Shown one piece after another: positions 56,282-64,000 of a DNA stretch of 64,000 bases. The position numbers and the translations under genes were made by a program. Source of the DNA: Cladosporium halotolerans (taxonomy: Eukaryota); assembly GCF_011745625.1 (NCBI RefSeq), contig NW_027191456.1, positions 434,001 to 498,000 on the forward strand. The letters are read 5' to 3'. The notes below the pieces were generated by a model. The model saw only the letters and a list, made by a program, of their open reading frames with translations, was not told the origin of the DNA and did no database searches. Each line of letters begins with the position of its first letter. Within the stretch, counting starts at the first letter, position 1.

Positions 56282-57214
56282 GCTGCGTGTCCTGGTAGGA
56301 ATGTGAGGTCTTCCGAGAAGCGGTCGGCAAAACTGCTCTATTTCCTTCTTAGAAGCGACATCCGCCCGTCCAGTGTGTAGCAGGAAAGAATCGCTGGAAG
56401 AGCTCTGGTATTATTATCATGTCGGAGGGCACGATAAATAAATCAGTAATGCCACGCCACAGAGAAGTGGCGCTTCCTCCGATGCTTACATCTCGATAAA
56501 GTGTACTACATCCAGATGCTTACTTTATTAGAGACGCAAGTCTGATACGGGTCAGATTTAGGACTCCGGAGCAGTCCATAGGATCAAGGATGATCTGTTC
56601 CGTAGCATATACGGCAGCATCGCTGTTCTAGAAAGTGCGGACCTGCGCGAGAACGCTATTCGCCAGAGCGATAACCAGCGGCTCGAAGTCCCGAAAAAAG
56701 GCAGATTACGGATGCTTTGGAAGAGTCCACTTCAACTTCACGAACGTCTCAGCCTGTCTAGTTGGTGTTAGATGACGGGTGCGACCACAGATATATTAAT
56801 TCAATTTGGAAGAAACGTAGGTGAGTCTTGGCATCGCTCATTGAGCAAGACGTCCACATCCTGCCGAATCTTTGGTGCTCCATCGCCAGGTCCCCAGGAA
56901 GGTGAAAGCATGTCACCCAATGCTTTTGAGACTGACAGCGTGCAGCGGATTGACGGCTGCAAATCTTGCGGGGACTGGGTGTGGCTGCAATGTGCGGGTT
57001 TAGCCTGTATCAGCCTGGTATCACGAGTCACGACCGAATGTGCGGACGCGGAAGCTCAAAGTTCTTGGCTTAGATGACTCGTCCAACCTGAAGTACTTTT
57101 GATGAGTAGAGAAATGCTTAGACGAGGTCGAGCAAGCAACCTTGGCCCCCATGTGCTGGCTTTGTAGGACTACCAGATGGTGGATCGTGCGCCAGAAAGC
57201 GTAATCCCAATCTT

Positions 57215-57232
57215 ACCCTAACCCTAACCCTA
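57215..57232 (+). repeat. Short interstitial telomere-like repeat, about 3 x CCCTAA
   Basis: ACCCTAACCCTAACCCTA with degenerate flanks (TAATCCCAATCTT... / CTATCCCC). Confidence 0.7.
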
Positions 57233-57521
57233 CTATCCCCTTCCGCGGAACCGTCACTGTCATGTATGTTTCGCAGATGCCGATGCCCATCTGGAGAATT
57301 ACCTATAAGTGGACTCCTTCGATAGTAGTTTGTTCCAGCAGTTTCAGAGGGGCGAGGAACAAAACGCTTAATCACAATACTGGTGAGTAAAAAGTTCTCT
57401 GACCTTGACCTTGAATCTGTGTAACTCTGGCTGAACATTTTGCCACGTGGACCACAAGACATCTGATCTTTGGGAGGATAGATGTTTTTTAGCTCTCGGC
57501 GGTATCGACCCTTCCACGATC

Positions 57522-58985
57522 TCATTCATTCGCCTCCCACGCCCTCTCTACTCTGAAAGGCCCAGGAAACCACTCCGGCGCCTCACCCTCCACCATCATC
57601 TCAACCAGCGCCTCCGCACTCCGGAAAGCCCACGCCATCCCGTGCCCGTTCATGCACACGGAAGCCCACAGCCCATCCTCCCCAGGTACGGCTCCGACGA
57701 CGGGGAAGCCATCCGGCGTATAGCACGTGATGCCTACCCAGTCTGCAACCACCTCCGTCGTCTCACCCCAGTTCTCGTAACCGTACGTTAGCCGCCCGAT
57801 GCTGCGCAGGTACTTCGCAATCGTCTCGTTGATCACGGAGTCGTCAGTGATGTTGCGCTCGCGCGTGGGCGAGAACTGCTGTCCTCCGCCGTAGATCACG
57901 TCGCCCTCGTGAACGTCGCCGGGCGCGCGTGCGATGATGTAGTCGCCGCCGCTCGGCGAGTCGGGGTACGAGTTGCTGCGGCGGAAGACGGGGTTGGAGG
58001 AGGTGTTGGCGGATGGGTGCACGGCGGAGACTTGGCTTCGGCCGGGCTCGAGGAAGTTGGTGCTCGCGAAACCAGGATGGAGGGCGGGCGTGAACCCGTT
58101 TGTCGCGAGGACGACTTTGTTGCCTTTGACGGTGCCGCGTTCTGTTGAAACCTCCCACAGGGATTTTCCAGACGAAGAGGTGGACATTTGCTTCAAGCTC
58201 GTCGCCATCGTGTTGGTCTGCAGGTTCAGTCCCTTCGCGAGGCTCAGCTCGAGCATGGCGCACACGGTCAGGTAAGGGTTCTGCGTGTGGCCTGAATACG
58301 TGACTGCTCCCAGAATCTGCGGCCATTTCCAATAGTCCCTCGCCGCCTGACCCTCCCATACCGTCCTCGGGTTGTTCTGAGGAACATCATGCGGTCGACG
58401 CGCCTCGAGCTCTCGCTGAAACTCCACAGTCGCCACGGCCTTTTCGAACTGCTCTTTGGTGAAGTACAAGTCGGCCGTCTCAACGTCCTGCCAGCCGCTA
58501 GAGACGTTGTAGGTCCGAACAAAGTTCGCCATATCATCCACGCAGTCTTGCTCTAGCTTGCCTATCTTGAGGGCTTCATCTTCGCCATACTCCTCGATCC
58601 ACTCCTTTACTTGCTTCCAGTCGCCAGTCTTGCAGTGCCCGCCATTACGTCCAGAGGCTCCAGAGGCTGCAGTGCGGGCCTCGAGCATGAGAATAGACAG
58701 CTCTGGATTTCGCTGCAGCAGTTTGAGCGCTGTAGCCGCGCCACTTACACCGGAGCCGATGATGACATAGTCAAAGGTCTCACTAGGGAGCTCCGGTGTA
58801 GTACGCAGGTTGGCTATGCGGTGAGGCGGGTCTTGCCAGTAGGATTTGACTGGGTTGGGATGAGGGAATCCCGGCAGGTAGGCTGATTCATTCCCTGGTG
58901 AAACGAGAGGTGCCATTGACACGGCCGCGGACCACGCGGAAGGCACGAACGAAGAGCATACTGCAAGCAGGCTGGTAGACAACAT
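57522..58985 (-). CDS. FAD-dependent oxidoreductase (DAO/PuuB-like family), 487 aa, with signal-peptide-like N-terminus
   Basis: Rossmann motif VIIGSGVSG, SGASGRNGGH, VVLATNG, WVGITCYTPDGFPVVG, MNGHGM. Intronless. Confidence 0.88.
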   Translation of the reverse strand: MLSTSLLAVCSSFVPSAWSAAVSMAPLVSPGNESAYLPGFPHPNPVKSYWQDPPHRIANLRTTPELPSETFDYVIIGSGVSGAATALKLLQRNPELSILMLEARTAASGASGRNGGHCKTGDWKQVKEWIEEYGEDEALKIGKLEQDCVDDMANFVRTYNVSSGWQDVETADLYFTKEQFEKAVATVEFQRELEARRPHDVPQNNPRTVWEGQAARDYWKWPQILGAVTYSGHTQNPYLTVCAMLELSLAKGLNLQTNTMATSLKQMSTSSSGKSLWEVSTERGTVKGNKVVLATNGFTPALHPGFASTNFLEPGRSQVSAVHPSANTSSNPVFRRSNSYPDSPSGGDYIIARAPGDVHEGDVIYGGGQQFSPTRERNITDDSVINETIAKYLRSIGRLTYGYENWGETTEVVADWVGITCYTPDGFPVVGAVPGEDGLWASVCMNGHGMAWAFRSAEALVEMMVEGEAPEWFPGPFRVERAWEANE

Positions 58986-59766
58986 GATGCAAGATGAAGC
59001 CTAGAAACTGACTTTTGGAGAGCAGCCTACTCAGGGCTCATTTCATACCTTATATACTCGTCCTTGTACCCATGTAAAGCCAACACGGCCAACCTAGAGT
59101 AGGCGACAGTGTCGCCAGACGATAAGAGCCAGATAATGACGGGTCTCAGGCCGGTGTTATACCACGCTTGCCCACGAATCACTTCGTCGTGCCTGATGGA
59201 GTTGCGGGTCCTGGTTGCATTGGAGGATAGATCTTCGAGATAAACCTGCTTGGCACTGCGAAACTCAAGAGAATAGCATGCAGGCACGGCGGGGTGTGCC
59301 ATCGCGTGGCCCTCCTGTATTCAGCTATTCTTCTTGGCCCCTCCACTGACCCCGCTTGCAAGGATGTCAACATGCTCTCCTGCTCGACAACTTCCCTTCC
59401 GTGCTGACATATCACCACCGCATGCCATCGATTTCGGCAGCGAGGTGCAGTTGCTCTGGTCAATCGCACAACGTGACTCAAGACCCCCAAATTAAGGCAC
59501 TCCCTGTTCCAAGTCACGATACGCAATTGATCAAACACATACGGCCACAGGCCAGCGGAAAGCGGGCATCCGATCTAACTTTTCCTATCGAATCTTGTTA
59601 CTATTACAACGTACCCTCAAACTGGGATTGATGTATGATTGTATCAGCAGCAACGGGGCAGGTCCGTCCCGAAAATGATGCCAAGTGGCTCATGTAGCCG
59701 AGCTTCCGAACGTTGCTTCCATCATCAGTCTACTCGCCACTCTCGATGACAATCACCAATGCTATC

Positions 59767-61506
59767 ATGACAGAACATCCCCCGAAGGCGCGCAAGCTGC
59801 GTCGAAATCCTCGCGCTTGTGATGCATGCAGCAGGCGCAGCGTCAAATGCAAGCCAAGTACAGAAGATGCCACACGATGTCAGAACTGTGTCGACTTCGA
59901 TGAGCCCTGTACATTACACCGACCTATACGCAAACGGGGCGCACAATCTGCGGCAGCTCGACCCCAGGTGTCAGAGAGCTTGCCCTCGAATCTGTCTCCA
60001 CCCGGTGCACCGCTCCAAGCGGTGCCCTCTCCGATGCACATCCAATCTCCCACATTACACCAAGACTGGCTGACGCCTTTGTTACAAGACAACGAAGCTC
60101 TCATTCTCGACCTCATCGACGTCTTCTTCGAAGTCATCTTTCCTATCTTCCCCCTTTTTCGTAAACCAACGCTGCTACAGAGAGTCGCCTCGGGGCAGCA
60201 CTTGAGGAACAGAGCCTTTTGCGCATCGGTGGCCTCAATGTGTGCTCTCGTCACCGCTCGAGTGCGCGACGGAGCGACCGACAAATCAAAGCGGGATGCG
60301 TTGTTCCCAGAAGGCCACTCGTCGGAATCCTTCTTCGCCGCTGCTGAGAAAGCTCTGCCTGTGACGACAGCTTTGACACGAGAAGTAGGATACATGCAAG
60401 CCTACGTTTTACTTTCCATTACCTCGATTCAATATGGCGACTCGGTAAAAGCACGGTACTACCTCAACCTCTATCACAACTGCGTGGCGGTTGGTCTTTT
60501 GCACAACGAGGAAGAATGGCCTCGCGGTCTCAGTACCGACGAGGTCGAAGAGCGGAGGAGGCTGTTTTGGTCAACTTACACACTGGATGTGTTCACATCT
60601 TTGATCTGGAGAGGAGCTGTCCGCAGCAGCGAAGTGATGTTCAACGTCTCCTACCCGTCAGAATATGAGTTGCTTCAACAGACTGAGTCATTAGACCCAG
60701 CGCGCGGCATGCAAACAGAGCCGAGTTGGCTAGATGGCTGGAATTTCGTCACGAACTTGTATCGAATTCTCGAACATGTACTTCATCATTTACATACGAA
60801 GCCACATCGCACGCCATCAATTTCTGTTGACATTTATGAGCATTGGCAAGCCACGACGCCGCTCATCCAGCGAGTCACCGACATGTATCACGAACTCCCT
60901 GCGATCTTCAAAAGCATACGGTCCCCAACAAACGACATCTCCAAAGACTTATACAGTTTTCAAGCAGCAAACATAGCGGCAACTGTGCAGCTTGTCCGAA
61001 TGGTGCTTTTCACCGTCAAGAGATCAAGCGTGGAAGAGAAATGTAAGATTGCCAGCGAGGTGATGCGGGTCTTCGCAAACGTCCCGATAGAGTATTTGCG
61101 CGCCATAAGCTCACCACTACTACATCATCTTGCTGGCATAGGTATCCTACTCGGATCCACGTTCTACGAGAAGATGTCTGAGTCGGCTTACAGCCAGCTG
61201 CGCGGTGTTCTGCTGGAATTTGCAACGCTGATCTCAAACCTCGAGAATGGAATGAATTACACAGTCGGGAAAGGCAACAGCGATAAACTCAGGGCACAGG
61301 TGACCGCTTTGGACAAATACTGGGTCGATCAAACGCAACAACAAGTCATCCAACCCCCTCAAATGTCAGTCAGAGCGGGTGACTCGTATCAACCCTCATC
61401 TGACGCCGAATACATACCTGCATCATTTGATCAAGCAAACCCTGATTCGATCTCCTTCCCACCTGAACTCTTGGAAGACTGGTCCAGTATCTTCAATTTC
61501 CTCTGA
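59767..61506 (+). CDS. Zn(II)2Cys6 transcription factor with fungal-specific TF domain, about 579 aa
   Basis: CDACSRRSVKC...CQNCVDFDEPC; middle homology region EERRRLFWSTYTLD. Start at 59767 or 59746. Confidence 0.92.
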   Translation: MTEHPPKARKLRRNPRACDACSRRSVKCKPSTEDATRCQNCVDFDEPCTLHRPIRKRGAQSAAARPQVSESLPSNLSPPGAPLQAVPSPMHIQSPTLHQDWLTPLLQDNEALILDLIDVFFEVIFPIFPLFRKPTLLQRVASGQHLRNRAFCASVASMCALVTARVRDGATDKSKRDALFPEGHSSESFFAAAEKALPVTTALTREVGYMQAYVLLSITSIQYGDSVKARYYLNLYHNCVAVGLLHNEEEWPRGLSTDEVEERRRLFWSTYTLDVFTSLIWRGAVRSSEVMFNVSYPSEYELLQQTESLDPARGMQTEPSWLDGWNFVTNLYRILEHVLHHLHTKPHRTPSISVDIYEHWQATTPLIQRVTDMYHELPAIFKSIRSPTNDISKDLYSFQAANIAATVQLVRMVLFTVKRSSVEEKCKIASEVMRVFANVPIEYLRAISSPLLHHLAGIGILLGSTFYEKMSESAYSQLRGVLLEFATLISNLENGMNYTVGKGNSDKLRAQVTALDKYWVDQTQQQVIQPPQMSVRAGDSYQPSSDAEYIPASFDQANPDSISFPPELLEDWSSIFNFL

Positions 61507-61868
61507 CAAGCACGTATCGGCCAGCCAAGTCTGCAGCAGGACCTTTCCAGTGAGTGTCAATGACATGACCTCTTCAAAGCCACTTGACTAATGCGGCACG
61601 ATGCAGCCAGCATAATTTCGCGTGTCATCTATTACGATGGTGGAAGCAATAATCGAAGAACAAAGCGTGGTCCCACTCGTGATCTCGCTCTCCGTGTCAC
61701 AACTGATCTGGAAGTTCGTGGCGCGCCAGCTGGTATGCTCTCCGTGGAAAATTCATCTTTGGATACACTGGAGGTGATGGTAGCACAGTTTTGACGTAAC
61801 CAATTTAAGAGACGTAACTTCAGCGGTGATGAGGCTCTGTTGATTTCAGAGTTGTTACTGCAAGCTAC

Positions 61869-63716
61869 CTATGCTTCCATCGCAAACTCCTCGTGCGATG
61901 TCCGATCCATACTCTTAGACCATGGGGCGCCATACCCCTGCTCCTGCACTATTGACTCTTGACCACGCTTGTAGGCTTTTTCCATCTGCCAGAAGAATGG
62001 CGACGTTGTGAACATCGACTCAATCGACTCGAGCGAACGATCTTTGGTTTCTGGATAGAAGATGAAGATAATTGGGATCCAGATGAAGTTCAAGGCAGCG
62101 AAGAAGAAGTACGCACGATTCTGGAGGAGACTCGTCAGTATATAACCTTCAGGGTAAGCTGGTAACAATGGGCTCACCTCAATCGATGCGAAGAGGATTG
62201 GGTTGATGAGGGTCGTCATTCCAACACCGATCGACCAGCCCGTAATGCCAAATCCGTTGCCTTGTGCGCGCATTTCGCTGGGGAAGATCTCGGTAGGCAA
62301 TAGAAAAGCTACCGTTCCCCAAGTTGACGCATAGATGAGATTGAACAGGAAAAGCATCGCAACTGCTGCTGGCGCGAAGCTTGGTGCCCTAGAAGGGTCT
62401 CCACGCGTCACTTCATAGAGCGATGCTGCCTAAAACCCTCACTAGATTAGTCAACGTAACGAAAGGAGCAGCATAGAACCGTGAGTTCGCAACATTCGGC
62501 GGGGTTGGACTCACAATAATGTTGACTGCAGAGAGTCCGGCAGCGCCGCTCATGAGACACGTTCTTCGCCCAAGTCTGTCGACGATTTGTGCTGAGATGA
62601 TAGTGCCAACGATACCAATTGTGTTGAGGCCACCCGCCAACCCATTTTGTGTCAATTCACTGTAGCCGGCTTGCCGGAGAAGCACAGGGGAGTATGCAGT
62701 AACCGCGGTGATGCCGGTCCACGAGCCCATGATCTGAAGGAAGATAGCCAACCACGCTCTCCTTCCAAGATGAGGAGCCTTCTGCTTGTCCAGTCCGAGG
62801 ATGACCTTGACGAACTCGAGGGGCGAACTCTTCTTGCTTTCTTCGGCCATAGTCGTGATTTCGTTGTATTCCATCTCAACCCGGTGGTCGTCCGCACCGC
62901 GGAGGTGTACAAGAACCTCGCGTGCCTCTTTGTTCCTTCCGACTGAGGCGAGAAAACGCGGTGAGTCGGGAAGTGTTTTCACTCCTACAAGTAGTAAGAT
63001 CGCGGGAAAACATTGGAATGCCAACAAGAAACGCCATCTGACGGGAGAGTAGCCGTTATCCAAGAAAGCAAGCCCGAAATCGATCCAGTAGGCTAGCGAG
63101 ATGCCCAGGTAGTTTGCGATGAAGACGTAGCCGAGGAAGCTACCGCGATGATCGGACTTGGAGATCTCCGACACAAATACGGGTGTGATGCCGACAAGAC
63201 CTTGAATCGGAATAGTCAGCATTACAAGCAAAGACTGCAGCCTGGCTTCTGACACTTGTGACTTACCTCCTGTACCAAGACCAGTTACGACTCTAGCCAC
63301 GATCATGAAGTCGGAACTCTGAGCAGCTGCCTGCAAAGTGCCTCCTACCAAAGCCATGATAGCCGAGTAGAAGATACCATTTACGCGGCCAACGGAATCG
63401 GCAGCCCATCCGCCAACGAAGCATCCGAACATACATCCCAGGTAGTACTGTCGTCAGTTAGAAAAGATCGCGATGGATACGTGTAATCCATTTCGAAACA
63501 TACCACACTAACGATCCCTCCCATTTTTGTTTCATTGGTGATGGTACCATCAGCATTCCCGATGTTTACCTCCTTTACATAATCTGGCGAAGCATTGACG
63601 CCACCCATAACACCTTGATCGTATCCTTCAAAGAAAATTGCAATCAAGGAGAATGCTTGTATCGCTGCATTCAGCTGCGTCGCCGACAGCTTCTTCCAGA
63701 GACTCATGTATGCCAT
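61869..63716 (-). CDS. MFS sugar porter family transporter, about 527 aa, 5 exons
   Basis: EGYDQGVMG, DSVGR, PDSPRFL, VDRLGRR, PTEIFP, YPETK. Introns 63448-63503, 63201-63266, 62430-62514, 62121-62177. Start at 63716 or 63707. Confidence 0.93.
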
Positions 63717-64000
63717 GTTAGGAGATTCGACAGTTTCGATCAAAAGGTGATGGGCATCCGACCGGCAGAAATGCGAGGAGCATCAAACCTCTAGGGAAGG
63801 GACGCTGTATCCGACTCATAAATAACTGATGACCGAACCTCTGGTATTATTCATTCGTCCCGGAGCCGGCATCTCGAGCGATTAAGCGATTAAGCGAACA
63901 AACCGATCGAGAAGGGATCGGCGGAAAGGCGGCATTCTTTCATTCTCCGTATGTTTGGTCGCGGACGGGCTTCCGCTAGAATCGCTGAATGCTTCACTGT

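Noticed and set aside
57215..57310. Telomeric repeat plus ATAAGT as a telomerase RNA gene
   Set aside because: Three repeats is too long for a template, and the spacing to the putative 3' processing site is far too short.
1..64000. Transposons, RIP-degraded repeats, CRISPR arrays, rRNA
   Set aside because: No transposase or RT motifs, terminal repeats, AT-rich RIP blocks, repeat-spacer arrays or rRNA signatures were seen.

Overview
Gene-dense eukaryotic DNA from a filamentous ascomycete. The short GT-AG introns have CTRAC branch points and the proteins are Pezizomycotina-type; a Dothideomycete origin is an inference. I built 20 protein-coding gene models and 20 introns by hand, and all complete spliced models come out as whole codons. 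Left and middle: mostly conserved housekeeping genes, namely TOR kinase (missed by the ORF track because it runs off the left edge), Def1-like CUE protein, the divergent gldB / cut-1-like HAD osmotic-glycerol pair, eIF4G, a homeobox factor, THOC1/Hpr1, Csm3/Swi3 and Aquarius. Right end (49-64 kb): a nutrient-acquisition block of M28 aminopeptidase, GH15-CBM20 glucoamylase, AA7/BBE-type oxidase, FAD oxidoreductase, Zn2Cys6 factor and sugar porter. No rRNA, tRNA, CRISPR or transposon is supported. The most notable observations are: (1) an in-frame, stop-free intron with a rare GAG acceptor inside the rapamycin-binding FRB helix of TOR; (2) a long, structured, in-frame stop-free intron in def1; (3) a recurring C-rich / CGCG-core / G-rich strand-skew switch that ignores gene orientation and also occurs in non-coding DNA; (4) a high share of non-YAG acceptors. 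None is a proven new system; each is a testable hypothesis.
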